Shown: positions 40,402 to 52,879, numbered from the stretch's first letter. The stretch: 64,000 bases of DNA from Takakia lepidozioides (GCA_030704615.1 CM060733.1:39246001-39310000), one strand, 5' to 3'. Numbers and translations are program-made. Notes: generated by a model not told the origin, from the letters alone.

Positions 40402-40712
40402 GGTACAAAGTCCTGATGCTAGTAGCAGGAGGCATTGGCGTGTCGCCTTTTGTCCTTCGTGACCTGTTCCAACGGTACCAAAGGCAGGAGGCCTCTCTTC
40501 CAAATGACATAAAGTTAATCTGGGCTGTCAAAACGTCCCAAGAACTTCACCTCCTTGACCTGGTTTCTCCCTCATCAATTTGTCCTCGTTATGATCTGAA
40601 GCTCTGTCTGAAGGTGCATGTATTCGTTATTCAAGAACTGGAGCCCAGTTTGCAAAGTGAGCCTCAACATCTTGACACTCTCAAGAGTTCCCTCATCCTT
40701 TCCTCTCTGTAA
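40402..40712 (+). pseudogene. Isolated exon of a ferric reductase oxidase (FRO) NAD(P)H-binding domain
   Basis: YKVLMLVAGGIGVSPF..LRDL...IKLIWAVKTSQELHLL...LKVHVFV. There appears to be a small deletion after SPF, and no other FRO exons were found. Confidence 0.75.
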
Positions 40713-41292
40713 CGTAGAGGCCTCAAAGATTTGGACCCTACTCCTAAACCGCGACCGGCTGCTATTTCACATCTACATTGTTTGTTGTGAAGATTCCGGG
40801 TAGCTGGGAAGACAAGAAAATTGGAAGATGAACACACACAATCGCTTTTTAAGCTGCGAGTATTCCAGTTTACTGTAATGTCCACTCCAAGAAGAAATAT
40901 CTACCTTTCCTTGCACGATGCTGTCAAGAGATCAGACACCAATGCTGATCCTGCATTGCCTGCTGCACATTTTTTTTCCCAATCAAAACTGCGCTGGAGG
41001 CCATACCTCTCCATTTCTGTTCTGCCATTTCTATTCGGAGAGAGAGAAGAGAGAGGAGAGTCACCTTCCTGCTTCCTACATCCATCGCCACCGTGCTTTG
41101 TTCATCCATCCACCCATGTTTTCATCCTTTTGTTTTCCTTGTAAGGGCCCGCTCCTACTTAAACAGAGCACACTCGCGGATAGATTTGATCCCAGGATTA
41201 TTTGTACATTATCCTGTCCACTTCCACACGTGCGAGATCAAATTGGCATTCATAATCCAATATTGCTGGATGAATCCATCCCAAATGCAATA

Positions 41293-41490
41293 CTGTAGTA
41301 CCTTGGCAAGATTGACAATCATCTGTAGAACATTTATTTTATTTTGAGAATTTAATTTTAACATAAGAAACAATCCCACAGATGCTTTATTATCATTCAC
41401 AAGTTATTTAATCTCATAAAATCAATTTTCAAAATTTTTAACAATCTTTGAAATATTAAAATTTGTGTCGAAATTGCCAAGGTACTACAG
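41293..41490. mobile_element. Tc1/mariner-type MITE (TA TSD)
   Basis: Perfect 17-bp TIRs CTGTAGTACCTTGGCAA / TTGCCAAGGTACTACAG, TA on both flanks, AT-rich interior. Confidence 0.85.
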
Positions 41491-41536
41491 TATACCTGGC
41501 CCATTTCTACGCCTTCATGGCACGGTTACAGTGAAA

Positions 41537-44500
41537 GAGGTTATTTCCTCCTCTCACTATTGAGGGGCCTGATTTGTGAGCTGTCGCTCCCAGGTGTTTC
41601 CCTTAATAAGTTTTAAGAAAAAACACACAAATATTTAATAGCAAAACACTCATAGTTTTAATATTATAATATTATAAACAGCATTATTTTGCTGGTGAAA
41701 CTTCCTTGAAATTTATGCTCAAGTGAGCACACTGATCATTGGTGAAACAAACCCAACAAATTTATAAAAAAAACAAAAATGCAGTATTTCCCTAATGAAA
41801 CTACTTTAAAATTTGTGCTCGGGTGAGCACAATGAGATTTGTTGGTGAAACAAACAAAACAAAAAAATGAAAATAAACAAGATAGTTTCGCGTGAAAACA
41901 AATTTTGAAGTGGTTTCAAGTCTGTCAGTATCTCAGCCTTCTTCTTGGACACCACCTTTGCGCTCTTCTTCTTAAGCACCGCCTTTGTGGTGACTTTCAT
42001 TGATGCTTCAGAGCTCGTGACGGATATCACTGCATCGTCCGTCCCCGGAAATGGCCTCGGCAATAAGAGCTCCACTATCACAAACTTGCTAGTCTCTCGC
42101 ACGGCATGTGTCTTCCAAGATTGCGCCGTAATCTCTTTGCAGCTACTGCTGGGCAGCTTGGCCGAGTCCATTGACTCGATGAGCTCAAGGTCTTTAGACA
42201 ATAGGGCTCGCTCAGCGTGCCCTCGCATACAGTCCACATCGGCATTGTTGAGTTGGGTCCTTGTGTGAGCGGTTCTATAGTGAGCTCAGACCATGGGACA
42301 CTAGGGTAAGTTGGCCTATGACCGAACACCCCATTAACGCTTCTGTCAGTACCTTATTGCCACTTGGCAAACAATTGTTTGATAGAATCCCCCCAAAATT
42401 GCGACTGGGCATAGGGCTCTGGGTGCACACAAGCATTCTGATTGGTTCGACTTTGAAACCCTATAACTTTGTGTAAAATCCATGAAATCTAATAATTCCA
42501 AGTTTGTGGATCCATACATGGGGAACCTTACGGATTTTATCCGGAGTAAAAACGACAAAAATTCACTGTTGGATTTTTCACCATCGTTATGTGAACGGTC
42601 ATAGGCCAACATACCCTAGTGCCCACCCCTGCAAGTTGGTGCCGTGGGCCACAACACACAATGTCATGAAGTAGGCCTTGCACCTTGGATTCTCTGCGAG
42701 GGCTCGTTGCAGCATGACCTCCACCCAATCACTCTCGCCCCAATATGAAAACGTCTCCAACAGCTGCAACACATCCGTGCTTGCAACGACCCCTAGCGCC
42801 AATGGCACTTTGGAGACAGTCAAGCATAGGGGCATTTCACCACAAGCCGACAATGTGTAAAGTTGTGCATTTGCTTGGAAGACCAACTTTATGAACGTTT
42901 TTTCTCAAGTTCACGGAATCCCTTTGGAACATCGCATGGCCCATGTGCTCCCACTTGTGTGTGCAGTAGGCGTCGGTGGCCACAAGAACATCCGTTCAAC
43001 TGTAAGAAGGATGTCTTCGAGTACGACCCAACCGTAAAATTTCTTAGAAGCTAGGATTATAGTTGGCATAAGTTCCTTAGCAATGACGAGTTGCGTGCCG
43101 CTGCATTGGGATATACGATATTTTTAAATGAATCAAATGTGGTCTACGTTTGGTAAACCCTCGATGTCCAGTGGACGTTGTTGTTCACTTGCCTCTGGTC
43201 GGTTTTTCCCATGCATTGTACTGTTCCCTTTCTATCATCCTAAGTCTATGTATGACTCTTTGGCAGATTGGAGCACCTGTTTCTCCACCTGCACTTTGAC
43301 TCCAAAGAGCTCTTAGTAGGTATCACTCTAAGATGTTGCCGGCAATAAGTGCCACCCGAAGTGCACCATGCTCGAGCAAGTTTGCCATGGCCTTGATTTG
43401 TGGGGTGACTGTCTGTAGTAAGAGCTCATAGAGAACTGGTTGAGGTAGCCACATCAAGCTTAATTGCACGGTAGATAGAGGAGGACCAGTAAAGCAAATA
43501 CTGCAAACTAGACGCCTCCAGAAGCGTGGCATTGGCGCTTTGCATGTCCTCGGTTGTGTTGCAAACATTGCCAGAGTTAATGTGCCGCCTGATCTGCTTA
43601 TCAAATCGGATATGCCCCACCGCATATCATACAAGCTCAATTGCCAACTCGAGAAGGGTGGTGTTTGCTGTGACACTCTGGTCACGCAGTTCAAGTAGCT
43701 CTTGGAGTGTCATAGTGCAGTCCCTCCACGAGGCAAATGCCTCCAACAGCTCAGCAGCCAAATTGCAGCTTGGCTCTGCTGCAACACTAGCCATTCTGGC
43801 AAAGATGTTGCCAAGCTCACTAAGGAATGATCAAGGAGCTTGCGTTGAGGGCCGGTCAGTGCATGATTGGCCCAAATTGCGACTGCAAATTTGAGGTAAC
43901 ATCAGCAGCAGAGGTTCCTTGGGCAATGAGTGATAGTAAAAGGACATCACGTGCCAAGATGGCGACATTGGAGTCAATTAATACGATTTGCACCGTGCCC
44001 AACGTGTAGGCGAGGCTGTAGGGAAGAAATTGTCTTCAAAAGATTGCGGATGTCACCACATGCCCCTACATAGTCCTGGGGCTTCGGATGATCGAATGGT
44101 TCCCCACTTTTGGATGCCTCGAGCAGCCAATTCCTCTAGGGTGGGGACACTCAGTACAGAGATTCCTGCATTGTCCCTAAATGTGCCCGCCTTGCATTTG
44201 CGTAGAAAGATTTGGGTGTTCCGATTGATCACGGGCTTAGACCAAACCTCCAAACATCTTCTTGGTATTTTGCATACACCTTGTCATTCATTCATTGAAC
44301 TAGGCATCCAATATTGAGGGCTTTGTTTTTTTGTTTTTTTGTTTTTTCCCGTTTTTTCTGTTTCCGTTGTCTATTTAGGTGATTTCAATTTTAAGACATC
44401 CCAGCTTCTTTTTTGTTTTTCTGGAAAATTGGACAACCATTTCGAGCATGAAGGAGTGAGTTAGTCTGACCCACTGATTTTGATTGAATCTCTTGTAGTT

Positions 44501-44688
44501 GAAGCTTGTTTACAATTGATCTCTGACCTAATTTCAATCTCTTCAAAATCAAGTTTGACTAATGACGACAAGATAGGTAATAATTAGGCTTTCTTTTTTC
44601 TTTTTTCTTTTCTAAAATTTAAAGGGGACAGAGGCCCTGCAAATCATATTAATAATAAAAGGTTACAACTGGAGGAAAAAATAACCTC
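41537..44688 (-). mobile_element. Putative TIR DNA element (~3.1 kb) carrying a decayed minus-strand ORF with a possible Ulp1/C48 protease motif
   Basis: Ends GAGGTTATTTCCTCC and GGAGGAAAAAATAACCTC with inward GGGCC subterminal motifs. The interior ~41880-44290 is fragmented coding-like DNA, and Q-L-N-N-A-D/C-G-L-Y can be read across a frameshift at 42221-42260. No TSD found. Confidence 0.5.
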
Positions 44689-44959
44689 CGAGGCTTTCTT
44701 GAAACCCAATATTCAATGAATCTTTGGGCACTTTTCTTTTTCTTTTTCTTTTTATAAGAAAAGAAAAATCTGTGGATACTACTATAGTGCGTAGGAGCCG
44801 CTATGTTTATCAGAGGCTGTTTAAGGCCTTGGGTTGAGTCACTATATAAACGAAGTCTGGAGTGGCTTACCAACAATTTTGTGTGGGCGTGAGCTTGCTA
44901 TAGCTTTGGGAAGGGAGGAAGGGGTGAGTCTAGGTCCAGCTAAGGATTGATTGCTTGCA

Positions 44960-45802
44960 ATGAAAACTGTGCAATGGATTCGTATGGTGCCTTTCCTCTT
45001 GTTCCTGATTTTCTTAGTAGGGAGTGTGCAAGCTCGTCCATCCGATTTGGAGAGTGAAAGTGAAGGTGTTGGGAACAAGCATGATTCAGAGGAGGGTGGC
45101 AGCGGTCCAAGATTTCTTGGTGGGCCTCCTCCTCCTCTAGAAGCTGTGGCATGGGCAAGAGGGTATGGTAATCTGAAGCACTTCGACGCTAAACATCCAT
45201 TCTGGCTTGCTCCTCCGTTTGGAAGTTTTGGACATTTCGGAGGTTATCCCGGTTTGTTTCCAAGCGGCGGCGGTCCAGGATTTCCCAGTGGTGGCCTTCC
45301 AACATATTCCAGTGGTGGCTTTCCAGGATATTCCAGTGGTGGCGTCCCAACATATCCCAGTGGTGGCTTTCCAGGATATCCCAGTGGTGGCCTTCCAACA
45401 TATTCCAGTGGTGGCTTTCCAGGATATTCCAGTGGTGGCGTCCCAACATATCCCAGTGGTGGCTTTCCAGGATATCCCAGTGGTGGCGTTTCAGGATATC
45501 CTGGTGTGCCTCCTCTAGAGGCTATGGCATGGGCAAGTGGGTATGGTAATCTGAAGTACTTCGACGCTAAACATCCATTCTGGCTTGCTTCACCATTTGG
45601 AAGTTTTGGACATTTCGGAGGTTATCCTGGTTTGTTTCCCGGCGGCAGCGGTCCAGGATTTCCCAGTGGTGGCTTTCCAGGATATTCCAGTGGTGGCGTT
45701 ACAGGATATCCCAGTGGTGGCGTTCCAATATTTCCCAATGGTGGCTTTCCAGGATATTCTAGTGGTGGCGTTCCAACATATCCCAGTGGTGGCTTTCCAT
45801 AA
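44960..45802 (+). CDS. Secreted glycine/proline/serine/tyrosine-rich repeat protein (putative cell-wall/extracellular), single exon
   Basis: Signal-peptide-like MKTVQWIRMVPFLLFLIFLVGSVQA. Two near-identical ~55-aa modules are each followed by 8-aa SGG[FVL]P[GT]Y[PS] repeats. A TATA-like CTATATAAA lies at ~44842. Confidence 0.75.
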   Translation: MKTVQWIRMVPFLLFLIFLVGSVQARPSDLESESEGVGNKHDSEEGGSGPRFLGGPPPPLEAVAWARGYGNLKHFDAKHPFWLAPPFGSFGHFGGYPGLFPSGGGPGFPSGGLPTYSSGGFPGYSSGGVPTYPSGGFPGYPSGGLPTYSSGGFPGYSSGGVPTYPSGGFPGYPSGGVSGYPGVPPLEAMAWASGYGNLKYFDAKHPFWLASPFGSFGHFGGYPGLFPGGSGPGFPSGGFPGYSSGGVTGYPSGGVPIFPNGGFPGYSSGGVPTYPSGGFP

Positions 45803-48204
45803 TATCCCAGTGGTGCCGTTCGAGGACATCCCAGTGTGCCTCCTCCATGAGCTGTGACATGTGCAAGTACTGGTTATGAACATGATCAGGTTCATTACGT
45901 TACTAAATATCCATAGTACCATTTTTCTCAATAAGTAGAAACTATGGCATTGGCAAGTGGTCATGGTTATCCATGATTTGCAGTAGAAGGACTAGGATGG
46001 ATTGCATATCAGACCCTTCAAGGCTGCAAGACTGCCTAGTCACAGAAGTGTAGCTAGCTGAAACATTAGAAGTTTTTTTTCATCTTGTATGTCAGCCTTT
46101 TCATTTGAATAAATCAAGAATTGTCATTTCTTTCCCCACAATCACTGTTGTATGATTGTTGACAATGGTCACTGGCATGGTCTTGATCACTAGTGGCCCA
46201 GAGTGACATATGTTGGGCTTTCTACTACAAGCAGGAAAATCTCGGGGCATCCTCTGAATCAAACCAATGCTGAAGGGTTAGAGATGAGGTCAGTTATGGA
46301 ATGCCGAAAGGACATACTTTCTAGCAGTCCATGACCACTGGACAGATACCATGTTCACTGGAAAGATGCAATAATCAGTGTGTGATAGCTGCATCCAAAG
46401 AAACTTGGATTAATTGAACCACCTAATATTACTTCAGCTCATGATTTTCCTGAGAATTTGGAAACAAAGCTAAAACAACCACCACTATATTCAATCAGTC
46501 TATCTCTTAACCACTTCCTCTCTCAACCAGAGCGCGCCAAAAAGCTAACCACTCACCGATTCCTTGTCACAATCCGAAGCTGCAAACGACCCTAGCCAGA
46601 AGGAAGGTATCGAGGTGCATGGCGTCAAGGCTCCACAGTGCGCATTCGCGTGACCCACCAAACTAAACCCTCAATAATTCTCCCAAAAATCCCAAATCTG
46701 ACCTCCAACTCCTGAACCACCGCAAACTAACGTTCAGAAACCCTAAACCCCAAAAACACCATGTTTTCCCCTCCCTCGAGAGAACCCTGCCCCCGCGATG
46801 AACCGGGCATTCTACAGAAAAATTTGGAACGTATGGAATTCTCATATAAATTTACTCGATATTTGTATAAATACTTGGTATAAAGTACGGTACGGTCACG
46901 CAAGACCGCGATCCTCCCACGGGTAACCAGTGGTAGCCGCCATCTTTCCAATGGACATGGGCGGCTTTCCAGTGGTCGTGGGTGCATAACTTAACTGAAA
47001 GAGAAAGCATGGCCCTTTTGGCATTCCATACCAGAGCCTGCACCACCGATTGCCAGTCGTCGCCAACGCCCATGTGCGTGCTTTTGGTGGCTGTGGCCAT
47101 GATGTGTCGAAGGAATGGCCCACTGGGTACTAGGCAAACTGTTACAGATTGCCATTTAGCAATGTCAGGGGATGGGAATATCAGAAATCTCACACCTGGG
47201 ATCTGCACGGGAGATCTTACTTGAGAGATCAAGCAGGCTGTTGGTAGTTGACCAGATATCTCCCGAGTTACTAGAACATTTAAGCCAGCTAATATCATAG
47301 AACCTCTAAACTAAATTCGTTTCTTTCAAGACACTTGCTTCACCTTGCATCATAATATGTTCACAACAGGAAATGGAACTCTACGTACGTCACATTTGAT
47401 TCTGCTGGTCAAACGGAAATCCCTTAAATTTAGTTTCACTGGCTCGCACTTGTTCTACCTCCTCTGCCATAGGCTCCTCCTTGGTAGGAGCCAAGTGATT
47501 CTGGAGGAAGTAGACAGCTTCGATTCTAATCTGCACACCGAAAAAAAATCCTTCATCAAACCAGTAACGGGTCTCTCATGGTGGGAAAGAGAGCACATAG
47601 GCCATGAAATCGTATCAAAGTCGAGGGAAAGGGCTCACATGCAGTATCGCCAGCTAGCACTGAAATTGGAATTCATCAACATCACTCAGGGAGAGCTTCG
47701 ACCTAGAAACTCACACCTAGTCCTTGTACTTTCGATAGATTCGAAATAATGGAGACATCACAGAACTTGTACAATTGTTACTCGAACAGATTCTCCTGTT
47801 ACCAGGAACACCGATTTCGTACTAACAAGATGCTTCCATGGATGCAAGAAGCGAACCTACAGTAATCTGAAATACCACGGTTGCACTAGAACAAGGGGAG
47901 AACAAGAAGCCGACAAATACTAGATCTCACATGCCGCTCTGCAATTTATCGGCTGCCTGCTCGAGGATATCAAGCTCGAGGATATCATGTGCACTTCGAT
48001 CAAAGAACCCCAAAAGATACAAGTAGATTTCATGAGCAACTCAACACTATATTGCAATTGCCAAATGTTCTAAGCTTTCTGCATGTTTTCATGTCATCCA
48101 AGTCTAAATAACTGCGATCATGGTGCTCTATGAGTTGCTAGGGAGTTACTGCAGCAATCGGGAGTAGAAGCTTCCATATTAGCTTGCATGCAGAGCGACC
48201 TAAT

Positions 48205-48572
48205 AGAGTTATCCGTAAAGGGTCCCAAACTCGGCATGAGAACCCTGAGTTTGGCCAAAACTCGGTATGAAACTCCAAACTCAGGATCAAGCGGTTCGAC
48301 TAGAAAAAAACACGGGACCAAACTGCCAGGACTAGGAAAATGGGGGTGGCAGGAGTTTGGTGCCGAGTTTTGATGGTCGTCGAGGCGGTCAGAGCTCACG
48401 AGCTCGCGCCATAGCAGCGGTTGCCCTCATCCCCAGTTTATGATTTGGTGCCCTCTTTTCTGACTTCGTGCTCAGTTTTCTGCACTTTACGGATTAACTC
48501 AAACTCAGGATGAAACCCGTAACTCGGGTCCAAACAGGGTACCAAACTCAGGCTCACTTTACGGATAACTCT
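48205..48572. mobile_element. MITE, probably PIF/Harbinger (Tourist-like)
   Basis: Perfect 16-bp TIRs AGAGTTATCCGTAAAG / CTTTACGGATAACTCT flanked by AAT on both sides (a TA reading is also possible). Internal CAAACTC(A/G)GG subrepeats. Confidence 0.8.
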
Positions 48573-49737
48573 AATGCCTCGTCGTACCTGCAGCTCCAAT
48601 GCTTCCTACCTTCTTAGACCTGGCATGCAAATTCCGTATCGACGTCAAATCCTAGCGCTGAACTACTGATTGGTATAATAGCTTCCTGCTTCTACTCTGC
48701 ACCAGATTTGCTGCTTTGCACTTCCGACTGTCCGGAAAATCCGAAAATAACTTCTTGAACTGTACTTCGTCGAGATTGACCCTTTTCCTCCATGCTTCTG
48801 TTTGCTGTTCAATGGAGAGAGAGAGCGCGAATCTACTCTAAGACTATGTTTGCTCCAGATTTGGCGAGAGAGCAGCGGGCTGAATCTGATCTGCTCCAGG
48901 AACTGGGGGGCATCTACAGTTGGACCAAAGAAACAACAAGGTAGAGCCATGGGATATCTTTGGCAGGGGGTAGGGGGCAGTGGGGAGGAAGGTAAGACGA
49001 CTTCTTGGAAGATGAACGTCATCAAATTGTAGAGATACAGAGAGAAGATAGCATAAACCATGTTTATACATGCGGATTGTCAGGTTCAGTGCCTTGGAGC
49101 AGAGTGATGGTTGGCTGAGAACCCCCCTTGACAGGTTCTAGAATATTTGTACGGGAAAGAGCGGGCCGGACGCCCAGGGAGTTAGCAATTGAAATACGTG
49201 CCAACGGACAGGAGACATGAGTGGTACTTCGTGGGGATATGGACCATGTCATAGGGCAAGGACAATGTGCCCATGAGAGAGAAAATCAGGCTGCCTGGGA
49301 ACTTGTCTATGTGCACTCCATTCAAAAAGCTGGTAGCTGTTGCAGCTCTGGGCAATGTTGAGGAGGTCCCAAATTTTCTACATTCAGATCCAGGGTGCAC
49401 TCCAGATTCCACGAAAAGTCACTGCGCACAGCTGCATTGGGGAATGCCCTATCAGGTATCCGTCAATTTACCCCAAGGAATCGAATGTGGGAACTGGTGA
49501 AAGTGATCTGTATTATGACGATAATATCTACTGGGCTGATTTGTCATGACATGATTCTCACTCAAGGAAGATGATCGAGATCTTACCTTATGCCTTTTGT
49601 AACGAAAAATTAGTGGTGGATTGTTAGTGATTACAATGGTCTCTTGGACGTGCTTCTATAAGTCCCAAGTATTGTAGCCACAGAGATGTTCTTATTGTCG
49701 GTAGTAGAACCTCAAATGAGTTTTCGTGATTGTAACT

Positions 49738-50492
49738 GATCAAGCTTCTCTTCCAATGGCTGAACAATGCCAGCAAGTTGGCATTTCCGCAAAGCCTGCA
49801 AACAATTACCAGTACGATTCGTACTACATTCCTGCCCTGGCAACTTGACGAATCCCAACCAGGCTTCAAGGGAGGATGGTCTTTTAAATTTTCTTCAGTT
49901 GTGTGATTGTCCGTAAGTTCTTTGCGCTTCAAATTGACACATTTAAAGAAGGGAGGCGTACCTCCCAAATCTCTTCATCAGTATATTGGTCTGTTGGGTC
50001 CAGGTTGCTTCTGATTGTTCCCTCCATCTAAGTGGGATTGTTCCCTCCATGCTTAATTTAGTTTGTAAGTCACTGAGCCCCAGTGTGCTGATGTCCACAC
50101 CATCAATCAATATACAGCCCCCAACAGCCTCCACCATCCTGAGCAGGGCCAGGACCAGGGTTGACTTGCCACTACCTGTCCTGCCTACTACCCCAACTTT
50201 GCTCCCTCCCATGATTGTAACCGACACACCCTTTAGCACCAGCGGGGTCTTTGGACGATAGCGCAGCTGAATCACAAATTTAGGAAACAAAAAAACAAAA
50301 ATGTTAGTAGAGAGCCCATATGTTTCTGGCAGTGAAGGAGAAGTGGTCAACAAAAAAAGAGCTGACCTGGAAATCCATGAGGTGGCCAAGCCTTAGGTGT
50401 CTGAGTCCTTTTCCAGTTGGCACACCGATGAGACCAAAGCAAGCAGTGCTGTGTTGAGAAGTAACCCATACGACAGGGATAGCCCAACCAGA
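49738..50492 (-). pseudogene. Fragment of an ABCC/MRP transporter NBD2 region (three exons with introns)
   Basis: PKAWPPHG | [15 protein letters not shown]...[14 protein letters not shown]...[14 protein letters not shown]...(frameshift) [22 protein letters not shown] | ALRKCQLAGIVQPLEEKLD. The IIPQDP motif is lost. Confidence 0.88.
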
Positions 50493-50888
50493 TCTGCACG
50501 CCAACAAAGTTAGAAGACAACACTCAGGTTTTAATGCATCCTCGAGCAGCCATTGTTAACCTGCTCCACATGATCTACAGAGGCATAAACCTGGAATTTG
50601 TTACATTGCCAGTAGGTTGTTAACATCTGAAGCTTTTAGAGGTGTGCTTTGGTCATCCCAGCTTGGCCTGGCAGACATGCACTAGGCATCTAAGCAATGA
50701 TGGGGGCCAGGAGGAGGAAACTCGGACATTTGATTTCACTCACTGAGCTGTAGCCGTATACTCTACCCATACAAAACGTGCGTCAGTAGACATGGCTAGG
50801 CCTACAGTCATCTCTCTTGTTGTTCTCTTCAATATGCCTCTCCCCATACTGCTTCATGCTGCTTCTGTCCTAAATAGTCACCTCTTCA

Positions 50889-52581
50889 GGTGCAAGAAAG
50901 ACGCCTGTCCATATGTTGTAGACTAGGTTTCACTGTAGAGTGGAGTTGTATTTTGAGTTGCTCAGGCCTGTTGTTATGCTGCAGATGATGCAAGGACGGA
51001 GGTTGTGTACGTAGAGTACTTGTTTGATGATCATGCTCCATATATTTGAAGCCACTGGTAATGCAGATCCTCCTAACTGCCTTTTTGGTGTGTGACACTG
51101 CAGAGAGGTTGGTTAGGCAATAGTCTTATATCTTGATGTGGATCTCAGGCCCATTTGCACCCAGGGGAAGGGCTACACTAGATTGACTCGTTCACTTGAG
51201 TTTTGTGGTGAAATGGATTTTCCACTTGGAAAAGGATACAGTGCATTTTAAAACGTGCAATTTGGTCTAGTTGGGACAATGAGAGTAGGATGGTAGCTGG
51301 CCCCTTTTGGCTTGGGGGCATCCCATAGGGCGAATCTCCCCCTCGGTAGTCTTCTCATTCAGTACCTTAGATGTGATGGGCTGGCTGATGGGTTGGGTGC
51401 AAAGTCCAACACGAATGTTATTGCTGTGTTCCGTGCAGTACTTGGTGGAGAGAGTCCCAACCTTGCATTTCGAAGGTCTGGCTTGAATGGGCACACTCTT
51501 GCAGTGGAAGGCTCCTGGAGAAATGAGTCCAGATTCGAGCAGCTTTCTCTATCAAACAGCGCAGCATTGTGGAAGGCACCATTTCCAGCATCTGGCCTCT
51601 CAACCACTCTAGTTCATTCAACCCTCTCTCCTTCCACATGTCTCTCCTAACCAGGATGTTCCAGCCAGTGACCAAAAACAGCTTCAGTACAAGTACGACA
51701 ACATCAGGGAGGCAGGTGCAGTGATGGAAAGGTATGAACCTAACCTCGTTCAGTCCAGAATAGTCTCCTCTTGAGGGTATAGCCAATAAACCACTACTGT
51801 AGGTCTGAAATCATGCAGAATCTGGCCCATATGATGCTTTCTATTGCTACAGAAACCAGCTGATATAATATCTTTTCTTCATTTCCATTTGTTGCCTTAG
51901 AACACTTACTATCAATCCTGGCATCAACCTCTAAACTTTCCATCCTGCCTAGGGGTGTAGTAGTCCATAACCAATGGTTCCCTTTGTCAATCCTTTACAG
52001 TGGACATCATTGTGCAGAATAACAAAAGAACATTCAGCAGGCTTTTCAGAATTACCAATGTGTTATGGATTGCACTCTGCCAGCTTTTTTTGGCTGGAGA
52101 CCATAATAGGCCTGTAGAAAAATTCTACTTGCCCATTATGCCAAAGAGCGGCAACCAAGGCTACGTCTCCATCATCTTCAAATTCAAATCAGCAAAGCAA
52201 AATCCATCACATCATGGACGACATGCATGCCTAGGTTCATGGACAGTCTTCTGTGTTGATATGTTGGTTCTGATGTCAAAATACTTCTTTCCACATCCTC
52301 TAATGTACGCCTCATATCTCTAGATAACTGTAACTGAAGACTGCGAAGAGATATATGCCATAATGCTTGTGGCTTGGTTGGCACTCCCACCAACAGTTTC
52401 AATAGAGGGATCAATACCATCCGATAAAAAATTTACGAAAACGAAATCGAAGAAGACCACACATACAACTTGGATAGATTTTGACAGAGAGGAGAACTCT
52501 CGAATCAACAGGTGCATTTCAGTACCAAAGAGGCAAATTCTAAAACAGTTGCATGCGCCAAGGATCGATTACCTGCCCTAA
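50889..52581 (+). pseudogene. Unidentified multi-exon gene remnant
   Basis: Exon-like blocks with AG/GT edges: VQERRLSICCRL | DDARTEVVYVEYLFDDHAPY..EATGNADPPNCLFGV*HCRE | YLRCDGLADGLGAKSNTNVIAVFRAVLGGESPNLAFR | ... GHHCAE*QKNIQQAFQNYQCVMDCTLPAFFGWRP ... HAPRIDYLP*. In-frame stops are present and the family was not recognised. Confidence 0.45.
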
Positions 52582-52879
52582 TTCCCACTAGATACAAAGG
52601 AGGTCCATTTCCTTTGGTTTTCAGAAGATCACGGCATCCATAACTGGCTCATGTGATTGGACAATTATCGCGATCCGATGACCACTTCTAAAACCAACTG
52701 ATACTGGATACACGTCCGAATGCAAATGTACATGCGTTCTCCAATTCATACAATGCAACAAGAGATTGATACAAGGAGATACTGTTGCGCCTGATACAGC
52801 ATTCAACAGTACAAAACTGTAGAGAAACCCAGATGCTCGTTGAACTACAAAGCATACCGGGTGCCAATACAGTAGCCAT

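Noticed and set aside
45189-45964. Alternative-frame repeat ORFs (HHWNIL.., VVAFQDIP..)
   Set aside because: Shadows of the 24-bp repeat; only the Gly-rich frame has a signal peptide and an upstream TATA.
46560-47270. Possible telomerase RNA or other Pol III ncRNA (CTAAACCCT at ~46663)
   Set aside because: No correctly spaced USE + TATA, pseudoknot or terminator could be identified. Telo-box-like motifs are common in plant promoters and UTRs.
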